Below, in pieces: positions 45,781-53,823 of a stretch of DNA of 53,823 nt. The notes beneath the pieces were generated by a model, which was not told the DNA's origin, did not search any database, and saw nothing but the letters and a program-made list of their open reading frames with translations. Source of the stretch: a virus (lineage: Duplodnaviria; Caudoviricetes); IMG/VR virus record IMGVR_UViG_3300024982_000001, positions 1 through 53,823 of that record; one strand, written 5' to 3'. Position numbers and translations under genes: made by a program. How positions within the stretch are numbered: the stretch's first letter is position 1; each line of letters starts with the position of its first letter.

Positions 45781-48306
45781 TTAAAATTGTAAATCTTCTA
45801 TTTCATTGAAAAACTCATTGATATCTTCGATATGTGATAAATCGATTCTATGAAACTCCTTGTAATTTCCCATGTGATAACCGTCTTGTATTCTGACTAT
45901 TCGACACCATACTTTTGTCCCGGCTCTCTCAAAAACACAACTCGGTAGCATTATTTCTCCTGTCAGCTGATACCGTTTATTTTTTGGATCATTAAGGAAC
46001 TGGTCAAGTCTCTTTTCCATCGATGGTCCATTAGGAATAATGGCCAGTAATTCTCCGCCATGCCAATGAAGCATCTTGCAGGCTTTTTCCACGTGCTCCA
46101 TTGCTGTTTTACCGGAAGCTCCGAACGGTGGATTCATGGCTATTTTGTGAAACTTATTCCCGATGTAGTAGTTTTCAAATGATGTGTTGTGAACGCTTCC
46201 GGATACATTAACTGCAAGTTGAGAAGCTAAATCATGGCTAGGTTCTACAAAATGATTTGTTGTGGTACCAGGAAAGAATCTGCCAATTGCTCCATGGCCA
46301 GCTGACGGTTCCAACATATCTTCGTTTGGCTGCGGATTTAACCATTCAACCACTTTCATTCCGAGTGGTTCTGGAGTAGCAAAGTAATCTACACCTTCTC
46401 TTGATTTGTTCGAAGATGTTTTCTTTCCTCGAGCGAAATAGTAAGTTTTGGCTTTGTCAAATTCTGAAATAGTAAACAGGTATTTATCTGCTTCCTTGCC
46501 TCCGGTTCCTTGGTGTATATTTGGAGCATCCGTATGTGGATTATTATATCCTTCCTTGAAAGCTGTTTCCAAATCACGTGCAAGATTTCCCATTGCAAGG
46601 TTCTCTGCTGTTTTGGACCGCTCTGCAATTTTTGTGGCAAAGGCATATCTTTCAGTTGTTGTTTGAAGTGTAGCATATTCGTAAATGGCATTACTCATCA
46701 ATCCTTCGCGATAAATTCTTCCTTCAGTTTGAATTGCTTGCGTTGGCGCTGTAGGCAGTCCAAGATTAATTAAAACCCTTTGGTGCTCTCCAGTTCTGTC
46801 ATGAAGAGAAATTCCTTCCTGTCCGGCTTTAATTTGAACCACAATCAGATTTGTATCTGAACCATCGCGATTGAAATCATTTATGTTTTGACTGCGGAGT
46901 CTTTTATTTACGGTACCGTTGAATTCTTTTGCATGAGGGAAAAACAATCTCAAAGTTTCACGCACGTTGATCAAGTAATTCAATTCAAGGTTCCAGAAAT
47001 AAGAATACTGCTCTTTGAAATTATGGATTTCGTTTTCCAAATCATAATTACTGTATTCGTCTTTTTCTAAAAATTCTGCAATGTCAAATTGAAAAGGGTG
47101 GGATGGAAGAGAGTTATTGTAATTGTGAAATACAACTACCTTTCTGCCTAAATCTAAATGCTGTTTGATGCGTTTACATATTTCCCTGGCTTTGATACAC
47201 TCCAACAATTGAGTAATGTACAAGTGATTATGTTTCTTGTGGATCCTGTCGCTGAGTATTGGATATTTATCGCAGAAAGCATCATCATAGAATAAATCAA
47301 AACCTTCTTCAATCTTTTGACCTATGACAGAATCAAGCGTTATAAACTCTCTGGAGTAATCAAACTCAAGGTTTATTTGTCGCGTGGACATAACGCCTTT
47401 TTCTTTCCAATTTTCAAAGAAATTACGCTCCATTAAATTCACATCAACACCGCTTTCGGGAATTGTACATCGATTATATCTCATTCGATATCCAAAATTC
47501 TCTACCATGAATTTACTCCAACCGGTAGGTGTGTTGTACGAGTCGTTATACTCTGGTTCTTCAATGGTTTCGTATATGTCAAAAAGGCAACCATCAGCGT
47601 ATTTAATGGATTTATGATAAGCGAATGGTGTGGCCGATAGGAAAACAACTTTTGTTTTTTCTACCATTTCAGTAACAATTTCACGATATCGATTTTCATC
47701 AAATACTTCTCTATCGTATTTATCTCTTGAGTATAGAAATGGATACTTCTTCACTCTAGGTTTTACCACTGACGGCACCTTAACCACTTCTTGATGCTGC
47801 AGGTAATATGAAGTGCAATTTCCTTGCTCATTTTGGTTTAAATAATGGCTTTCATCATAGATTACTAAATCAAAATCTCTGTTTAAAATAGCCTCGTTCT
47901 GATAGAAATTAGCGTACGTTGTAACTGTTGTTTCAAAACCCTGGTCATGGATGCCATTCAGCTGATAAATATTCAAATTGAATTTCACTGCTTCTTCAAC
48001 CCAGTCAGTACATTTCTTTTGTGTTGGAACTACAATCAATATTTCTCTTTTGTTTTGACGATGAAACCTGTTGGCAATACCCAATCCAACAAATGTTTTT
48101 CCGGTCCCGGTTCCATTTGTAAAAAGATATCCCTTGCCTTCTTCGAAACGTCTTTCGGCAAAGCTTATATCTTCAACTTGGGTGTCAAACAGAAATGGCA
48201 TCATTGTTTTTATATCTGAAAATGGGGTTAATATTGGCTCGGCTTCGATTGTCTCAATCGTATCTTCGAAAACAAGAAATAATTGATTTTGGCTTTTAAT
48301 TTTCAT
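45781..48306 (-). CDS. SF2 (Strawberry-notch-like) helicase fused to a C-terminal N6-adenine methyltransferase
   Basis: GTGTGKT, DESH, SATP, EGISLHD and QTEGRIYR helicase motifs; YFATP, LEPSAGHG and MNPPF methyltransferase motifs. Start at 48306 or 48351. Confidence 0.85.
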   Translation of the reverse strand: MKIKSQNQLFLVFEDTIETIEAEPILTPFSDIKTMMPFLFDTQVEDISFAERRFEEGKGYLFTNGTGTGKTFVGLGIANRFHRQNKREILIVVPTQKKCTDWVEEAVKFNLNIYQLNGIHDQGFETTVTTYANFYQNEAILNRDFDLVIYDESHYLNQNEQGNCTSYYLQHQEVVKVPSVVKPRVKKYPFLYSRDKYDREVFDENRYREIVTEMVEKTKVVFLSATPFAYHKSIKYADGCLFDIYETIEEPEYNDSYNTPTGWSKFMVENFGYRMRYNRCTIPESGVDVNLMERNFFENWKEKGVMSTRQINLEFDYSREFITLDSVIGQKIEEGFDLFYDDAFCDKYPILSDRIHKKHNHLYITQLLECIKAREICKRIKQHLDLGRKVVVFHNYNNSLPSHPFQFDIAEFLEKDEYSNYDLENEIHNFKEQYSYFWNLELNYLINVRETLRLFFPHAKEFNGTVNKRLRSQNINDFNRDGSDTNLIVVQIKAGQEGISLHDRTGEHQRVLINLGLPTAPTQAIQTEGRIYREGLMSNAIYEYATLQTTTERYAFATKIAERSKTAENLAMGNLARDLETAFKEGYNNPHTDAPNIHQGTGGKEADKYLFTISEFDKAKTYYFARGKKTSSNKSREGVDYFATPEPLGMKVVEWLNPQPNEDMLEPSAGHGAIGRFFPGTTTNHFVEPSHDLASQLAVNVSGSVHNTSFENYYIGNKFHKIAMNPPFGASGKTAMEHVEKACKMLHWHGGELLAIIPNGPSMEKRLDQFLNDPKNKRYQLTGEIMLPSCVFERAGTKVWCRIVRIQDGYHMGNYKEFHRIDLSHIEDINEFFNEIEDLQF

Positions 48307-48340
48307 TATTAAATTTTCTTCAATATTGGGTTGACTTAAT

Positions 48341-48775
48341 CTAATTATCAAGCAAAAGCTTGTTTAAGTCGGTTTCTAAATTTGTGTAATTAAGAGAAGT
48401 GTATCTTAGTACTCTCCATCCCAGGCTAACTGCTAAATTGTATTTCTCAACATCCCTTGAATATCCGCTTACTGTTGTGTGCCTGCTTTTCTTTGAATAA
48501 ATTCCTTCGTACTCAATTGCTATGTTCAGTTCTGGTATTGCCCAGTCAAATCGAAATCTTCTTACTTGATCAAATCTGTATTCGGTTTCATATCCTTGAA
48601 TTTTACACTGCTGCAGGAACATTTTTAAAAAAAGTTCGATTGTGTTTTTTTCAATCGATATCTTGACGATTTTTACTCCTTTTGGAACTGGCTTAACTTC
48701 AACATGCTTCTTGTTATCTTCTATTTTGAGGCCTTTGTTTCTTAAATTCTGTAAATCCTTTTCGCTCCAGGCCAT
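48341..48775 (-). CDS. DUF559/Vsr-like PD-(D/E)xK endonuclease
   Basis: EYRF...RRFRFDWA...IAIEYEG...H...D.EKYN.A...GWRVLR. Confidence 0.82.
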   Translation of the reverse strand: MAWSEKDLQNLRNKGLKIEDNKKHVEVKPVPKGVKIVKISIEKNTIELFLKMFLQQCKIQGYETEYRFDQVRRFRFDWAIPELNIAIEYEGIYSKKSRHTTVSGYSRDVEKYNLAVSLGWRVLRYTSLNYTNLETDLNKLLLDN

Positions 48776-48776
48776 G

Positions 48777-49001
48777 TTAGATTGTTTTTAAATTTGATTT
48801 TGATTGCTTGGTCTCGAAGAAAAAAGGAACTTCTTTCATCAACTGATCAACATCCATTTCCTTGATGTGATTTATTCTGTTTAGTATCAAATGCGTTTGA
48901 TTTAATAACTTTGGAAGCGCATAGTTTGGACAAATAGGAATGAAATCCTTCAACTTCTGCAGTTGAATTTCAAATTCTTCTGCCTGCTCTATGTGGTTCA
49001 T
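48777..49001 (-). CDS. Hypothetical protein
   Basis: Tiled ORF. Confidence 0.55.
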   Translation of the reverse strand: MNHIEQAEEFEIQLQKLKDFIPICPNYALPKLLNQTHLILNRINHIKEMDVDQLMKEVPFFFETKQSKSNLKTI

Positions 49002-49822
49002 TTTAAAGCAGCTTTGAATTCGTTAAAATCATTTGTGAAACGACACAGATATTCAGAAACTGCAATACTTCTGCATCTGTTTTTGACGATACTCAAACGT
49101 TTTCCTTGCCTGATAGTTTCTCTTGCGGTATTTAAATCGGCCTTTGCAATAGTTGAGTTTGGTCTTTTAGCATAATCTTCTTCAAGTGATTTCAAATACC
49201 TTAATTCTTCAGTTTTGTATTGAATTTCTTTATCCTCGTTTGAAATTTTTATAATTTTTAAAGATTCCATTTCATCAAAAAGAAGCCATGCTTCAGGGAA
49301 AAAATTATACTCTTTCAGTTCGTCAAAAACAGTTTTTAAAAATTCTTCTCTGATTTTTGCCTTATCTTCTTCCGTTGCTTCCTTTGGAGCATTGAGCAAA
49401 AGGTTTTTTTTCTGTGAATAAACTTTAAGGCTTTCATTTCGGAATGATTTATAAGCGTCGAGCACTTCACCAACCGATACACAATCAAGAATTCTAAAAA
49501 CTTTTATTTGTGGAAATTCTCTGGCTACATACATTTTGAAAGCTTCTTGAATCTCTGGAATAGTGAAATTTCCAAATTTTGATTTTATAAAATCCATGAT
49601 AACAAGCATCTGAATCTGTAAATCCTTTTTTTCATTTTCATTGGACATTTTGATATTCATGATTGTAATCAGGTAATTAATCAAGCTATCCGTTTGAGAA
49701 GTGTCAACAATGGTTCTGATTTTATGATGGTCCTCTTGAAGTGTTGCTAGAAATGGTCTCGACAGCTTCTGAAGTGCTAAATCTGAATTGTTGTTTTGGA
49801 TTGTTGGAGTTTGTTTGCTCAT
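48998..49822 (-). CDS. Hypothetical protein, possible helicase loader
   Basis: Follows the initiator gene; FTIPEIQEAF motif. Confidence 0.5.
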   Translation of the reverse strand: MSKQTPTIQNNNSDLALQKLSRPFLATLQEDHHKIRTIVDTSQTDSLINYLITIMNIKMSNENEKKDLQIQMLVIMDFIKSKFGNFTIPEIQEAFKMYVAREFPQIKVFRILDCVSVGEVLDAYKSFRNESLKVYSQKKNLLLNAPKEATEEDKAKIREEFLKTVFDELKEYNFFPEAWLLFDEMESLKIIKISNEDKEIQYKTEELRYLKSLEEDYAKRPNSTIAKADLNTARETIRQGKRLSIVKNRCRSIAVSEYLCRFTNDFNEFKAALK

Positions 49823-50534
49823 TGTTGATTGTATTTTTTGATATAAAATTTTTGTCGTTTTTCGCCCAGGTCTGAAGTCGCCTTTCGAGTGACCATGTTT
49901 TTTCTAATTCCTGCCGGAATTTTGAATTTGATTTATTTGGCTCGGTCCAATACAGATAAAAATCATTTAAAAAATCCTTGCCATATTTTTCTAAAAAAGG
50001 TTTGAGTGTGGAAGAAAATTTTAATTTTCTGACATCAATATTCTCTTCTTTACTTTCCTTTACTATCCTATCCTTTTCTTTAAGGATAACTTCCGCCTTT
50101 TTGCCCTGTGCAAGCGTCAAACTTCCGCCGGATTGACCGTTTTTTGATAGTATTGTTTCCAAAAGGGCGGAATATTGGATAATTCCGTTTTTTCTTTTTC
50201 GGTATGCATCTTCGATACTATTAACGAATTTTTGACTGTAGATTACCTTGTGATTTTCATATAAAAATTTATCAATTGCTCCTAATTTTGCCAAATCATT
50301 TAATATTGAAATCAGCTTTTCTTCTTCCACATTACATACCGAAACCAAGAACATTAAATCACTTTCATCTGAAATATCTATGTAATGATTATTGGCTTTT
50401 CCAAGGCGCTCAAGAATCTTAAACCAAGTTGCATAACCATCATTCTTATACTTGCTTTCTATGATGTGCATCTTACGCCCATGTGTACAATCATGTGGAA
50501 AATAGTCTACGTCTGTTCTTTGTTCTCTTGCCAT
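49722..50534 (-). CDS. Replication initiator (DUF4373/Lin1244-like N-terminus)
   Basis: VDYFPHD...GYATWFKILE; C-terminal FYLYWTE...RRLQTW. Confidence 0.75.
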   Translation of the reverse strand: MAREQRTDVDYFPHDCTHGRKMHIIESKYKNDGYATWFKILERLGKANNHYIDISDESDLMFLVSVCNVEEEKLISILNDLAKLGAIDKFLYENHKVIYSQKFVNSIEDAYRKRKNGIIQYSALLETILSKNGQSGGSLTLAQGKKAEVILKEKDRIVKESKEENIDVRKLKFSSTLKPFLEKYGKDFLNDFYLYWTEPNKSNSKFRQELEKTWSLERRLQTWAKNDKNFISKNTINNEQTNSNNPKQQFRFSTSEAVETISSNTSRGPS

Positions 50535-50538
50535 TTTG

Positions 50539-51687
50539 TTACTTTTGAAATGGAACGTTTGTTAATTGTCGGCCATTATTCCAGATGGCAAATCTTCCTT
50601 CGTTATCTTGTTGGATTTTCATTGTTTCAATTTTTCCAAAAAGTTTAATATTACCTCCCATGTCTACAATCCAGGCATTTAGTTTTGTTGGCCATATTCT
50701 CATTGCTCTACCTAGTATTTGATAATAAAGAGATAGAGACATTGTGGACCTAGCCATAAGCACTGCTTCCAATTGTGGATAATCAAAACCGGTTGTTAAA
50801 ACACCTACGTTAATCAGGCATTTAATCGTTCCTTTTTTAAATCTTGATAAGATCCTTTCCCTTTCTTCTTTTTTAGTTTCTCCGGTAAGTACAACCGAAC
50901 CTGGTATCATTTTAGCAACTTGATTTGCTTCTTCAATCAGAGAACAGAAAATCAATAAATTTGGTTTCTGTGATAGAATATGACGAGCCGTTTTTGCAAT
51001 TCTTGAAGGCATGTCGATTGACTTATAATACCTTTTCAAAGACTGCGGAGTATAGTCAGTTCCGTTGCTGTTTAGCTCTAATTTAGAACGGTCAATAACA
51101 TCAAATGAATAATACTCAAGCTTTGCTAAATAACCTGAATTGAATAGCGTATCATTTTGAACATAGTAAAGCACTTTATCAAATATTCTTGGTGTGCTTC
51201 TGGTTAAGAATGTCAATTGATATCCTTCGGCAGCCATTGAAAGTCTGTAAGGTGTAGCCGTTAATCCTAACACATTTGCATTTGGGAAATACTTAATGAA
51301 TTCCTTATACATTCCATCATCAGAATTTACGAGGTGGCATTCGTCTATGAGAATATTTTTAACTCCTTTGAATAAATGCTTTTTGTTGACTATACTACCA
51401 ATGGTGCAAAATGTTACCCGGTCAATTCTTTTCTCTCCGGCAGATGCGCTATAAATAGAAGCTTTGCCATAGTTACTATACTTTTCAAAATTCTGTTCCA
51501 AAATCTCTTTTGAAGGCTGGAGTATAACGGTCATTCCGTCAACTCCAGCTACAATACCTGCGGTTACAATAGATTTTCCAGAGCCTGTAGGGAGGATTAT
51601 TATTCCATTATCATTAGTTACACTATTGAAGAAATTAATTCCAATCTCAATCGATTCGCTTTGGTAAAATCTATATTGAAAACTCAT
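50539..51687 (-). CDS. DEAD/DEAH SF2 helicase (RadD/YejH-like)
   Basis: LPTGSGKS, DECH, TATP, VLTTGFD and QILGRAMR motifs. Confidence 0.9.
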   Translation of the reverse strand: MSFQYRFYQSESIEIGINFFNSVTNDNGIIILPTGSGKSIVTAGIVAGVDGMTVILQPSKEILEQNFEKYSNYGKASIYSASAGEKRIDRVTFCTIGSIVNKKHLFKGVKNILIDECHLVNSDDGMYKEFIKYFPNANVLGLTATPYRLSMAAEGYQLTFLTRSTPRIFDKVLYYVQNDTLFNSGYLAKLEYYSFDVIDRSKLELNSNGTDYTPQSLKRYYKSIDMPSRIAKTARHILSQKPNLLIFCSLIEEANQVAKMIPGSVVLTGETKKEERERILSRFKKGTIKCLINVGVLTTGFDYPQLEAVLMARSTMSLSLYYQILGRAMRIWPTKLNAWIVDMGGNIKLFGKIETMKIQQDNEGRFAIWNNGRQLTNVPFQK

Positions 51688-51691
51688 ACTA

Positions 51692-52237
51692 TTATTCTAC
51701 TTTGGCAGCTTCAAAATTTTTATCCTCTGAAGGAAGAAAATCCATAGTCGTTTGTTCCATCTGAGGTGCTGATTTTCCATTCATATAAGCTTCAACTTCT
51801 GAAATAGCATTATCAAGAGCATCCGTAAGTTGAGTCAGATATAAATAACTTCCATTTAGTTTTACTTTTGGCGCATCAAACTTGATTGCTCCATTAGTTA
51901 CATATTTGGTACCTGAAATTACAAGCGCTCTATTTTCTTCAGAACCTGAAATTTTAAATGAAGAAACATTGTAAGATTGTGTTTCTGTTTCTTCTTCAAG
52001 AAATGATAATTCAGTTGAGTTGTCATTTCCGGTAAATGCATCGTCTAAATGCGCTAAGAAAACATTGAATTTTGAAAAGGCTTTTTCTAAATCATCATGG
52101 ATGATATGTTTTCCTTTGTGGTCAAGTTCATCACCAGAAGTTGGTCCGCTTAATAACTCATAAGAGTATTTACATAATGCATCGCTGAGGGATGCGCTCT
52201 TAATTTGTACTTCCTTTTGTTCTAGGTTGTCAGTCAT
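51692..52237 (-). CDS. Hypothetical acidic phage protein
   Basis: Tiled ORF; EVEAYMNGK motif. Confidence 0.65.
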   Translation of the reverse strand: MTDNLEQKEVQIKSASLSDALCKYSYELLSGPTSGDELDHKGKHIIHDDLEKAFSKFNVFLAHLDDAFTGNDNSTELSFLEEETETQSYNVSSFKISGSEENRALVISGTKYVTNGAIKFDAPKVKLNGSYLYLTQLTDALDNAISEVEAYMNGKSAPQMEQTTMDFLPSEDKNFEAAKVE

Positions 52238-52244
52238 AATTTTG

Positions 52245-52562
52245 TTAATTTGGATTAGTGTTTATAAAATATTCTTTGTAATTCCCTTTTATTGTTTCTT
52301 TGTCTACATGAACACCATAGATATCTATCAAATCTTTCACACGTCGTCGTAAATCGCCAATTCCGTATTGGAGTAAGGCTTTCGTAGTTGTGAGCCTTTC
52401 GCCCCGCATAAACGCCCTATAAACGATTTTGCATTGTTCTGTGAAATGCTCAATATTCCCATCAAAAATTGCCTGGCTTTCTGCATTGTTTTCGTGATGA
52501 ATAAGTGGCTGTTTAAAATCAACCGGCATATTGAAATCGATAGTTGTTTGTGAAGTGTTCAT
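52245..52562 (-). CDS. Winged-HTH protein
   Basis: GERLTTTKALLQYGIGDLRRRVKDL. Confidence 0.65.
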   Translation of the reverse strand: MNTSQTTIDFNMPVDFKQPLIHHENNAESQAIFDGNIEHFTEQCKIVYRAFMRGERLTTTKALLQYGIGDLRRRVKDLIDIYGVHVDKETIKGNYKEYFINTNPN

Positions 52563-53008
52563 ACAAATTCTTGATTTTGATGTTTACTTATTTCGTTTTC
52601 TAATTGCTGTATCAATACTAAATCTGTTGGTTCTGGAAGGTATATTCCGCATTCCTGACTTGAAAAGTTCCTGAACCTACTTATGGCCAATGTCATTTCT
52701 GCTTTATCCAATGAAGCAGAACTTCTCCATCTTTCTATCCTTACCCCCGGTATCTTATTTTCAACTTCTCCATCATAAAAAAGAGTTGGATTAACGTGCT
52801 TTTTGAATATGTCAAGCTTCACTTCTGGCATTGTTAATCCAACTTCTAATCCGAACCACGTTAATATCAAGTGCATGTAGCTATTTTGAGCTATTGAGCG
52901 TCTAGGATGTTTGACCTTTAATTCAACTCTTTTCCCGTTTTTGATATAGTATTTAACCTTTTCAATGAATTGGTTTCTTTCTAATGGATTGTCGGTGCTG
53001 AAAATCAT
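52559..53008 (-). CDS. NinB/Orf-like recombination protein
   Basis: RRSIAQNSYMH...RSSASLDKAEM...GIYLPEP. Confidence 0.7.
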   Translation of the reverse strand: MIFSTDNPLERNQFIEKVKYYIKNGKRVELKVKHPRRSIAQNSYMHLILTWFGLEVGLTMPEVKLDIFKKHVNPTLFYDGEVENKIPGVRIERWRSSASLDKAEMTLAISRFRNFSSQECGIYLPEPTDLVLIQQLENEISKHQNQEFV

Positions 53009-53009
53009 T

Positions 53010-53192
53010 CTAAAAAAGTGTATCTGGAAACTTCTGTTTTAGCAACCACAAAGGCGCTTTCAATTCTTCTTTAGTTGGATTAAATTCAACCAAGCTTTTA
53101 GGGAAATGAGCTTTATCGCCTTCGCAATCCAAAAACAAACTCTTTTCAGTTTCACTTATTAAGGTGGCTTCGATGGTGTATATTTCATCCAT
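53010..53192 (-). CDS. Hypothetical protein
   Basis: ETEKSL...FPKS...PLWL pattern. Confidence 0.6.
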   Translation of the reverse strand: MDEIYTIEATLISETEKSLFLDCEGDKAHFPKSLVEFNPTKEELKAPLWLLKQKFPDTLF

Positions 53193-53194
53193 GG

Positions 53195-53823
53195 CTAGAA
53201 CTTTACTAGCTTTTTAAACCTATCAATACCATAAGCATTAGATTTCACAAGAATTGGAAGCAGTTCTTTAGCTTTAATTCCTTTTTCTATAATAATTGCT
53301 CTTTCCTTCTCATTGAATTGGCTTTGCATCCAAGAATTTACTCCTAATTCACAAGCGCCAGTCAACAATCTATAATGCTTGATTGTAATAATTGTGTCTT
53401 CTAAAATTGGTTCGCTTTTCAGTTTTTCAGCAATAAGTTTAAATCTGAAATCCTCTTTTGCTTTTTGAAGAGTTTCTCCGTGAGCGTGAGTTTTGCCGTC
53501 AGTAACTAAGTAGAATTCCTTGGTAGAATGCACTTTTCTAACCTTGTAAACATTGCCTTTTTTACTCAAGACTTCTGTAAACATTCTGTCGGCACTTACA
53601 TATTTTCCGTCTTGCCAAAACAAAAGTTTGTTTTTAGGAGTGTTTAAAAACGCATCGGCTTTTGGCTTCGTTGTTTTTGCAGTAAGTCCGCTTCGCAGGT
53701 CTAAATAGCCACCCACAGTTGGGTTGAATCCTTCTGGAATTGATGTTAGGCTTCCGAGGTCTAAATAGCCACCCACAGTTGGGTTGAATCCTTCTGGAAT
53801 TGATGTTAGGCTTCCGAGGTCTA
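53195..53823 (-). CDS. C-terminal part of the LRR-like repeat protein
   Basis: Last repeats followed by a globular domain with AHGETL...D..FK and YRLLTGAC..G motifs; open to the window end. Confidence 0.88.
   Translation of the reverse strand, partial: DLGSLTSIPEGFNPTVGGYLDLGSLTSIPEGFNPTVGGYLDLRSGLTAKTTKPKADAFLNTPKNKLLFWQDGKYVSADRMFTEVLSKKGNVYKVRKVHSTKEFYLVTDGKTHAHGETLQKAKEDFRFKLIAEKLKSEPILEDTIITIKHYRLLTGACELGVNSWMQSQFNEKERAIIIEKGIKAKELLPILVKSNAYGIDRFKKLVKF
53748..53823. repeat. 76-bp terminal direct repeat of bases 1-76 (circular assembly overlap)
   Basis: Exact match read directly from the sequence. Confidence 0.85.

Noticed and set aside
1-53823. Alternative genetic code or stop-codon reassignment
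   Set aside because: Genes tile densely and core proteins are full length under the standard bacterial code, and no suppressor tRNA was seen.

Overview
The window is an apparently complete, circularly assembled temperate siphovirus-like genome of about 53.7 kb. The host is most likely a Flavobacteriaceae/Bacteroidota member: TAnnTTTG -7 promoters, a Flavobacterium-like DnaN and Q-rule signal peptides all point that way. Bases 1-76 are identical to 53748-53823, and the break falls inside a 60-bp coding tandem array. Almost all genes are on the minus strand, in this order: a Cro-headed early operon (SMC-like ATPase, RecT, MBL hydrolase, LRR-like repeat protein, helicases, replication initiator, PcfK/PcfJ, DnaN, ASCH), then a ParB-methyltransferase, packaging and head genes with a tRNA-fMet, tail genes and lysis genes. 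A plus-strand lysogeny module holds CI, a lipoprotein, an HTH protein, attP (the 3' half of a tRNA-Met) and a tyrosine integrase. Five observations stand out. (1) An origin-spanning LRR-like gene has near-identical 60-bp units that differ only at three non-synonymous binary sites, shuffled combinatorially. (2) An identical 35-bp Fur-box-like element sits in both structural-operon promoters. (3) A tail-fibre-like protein and a neighbour carry Sec signal peptides. (4) The initiator tRNA has an altered anticodon stem. (5) A separate paired operator motif is shared by two promoters. All protein calls come from motif recognition and gene context; no database searches were run.
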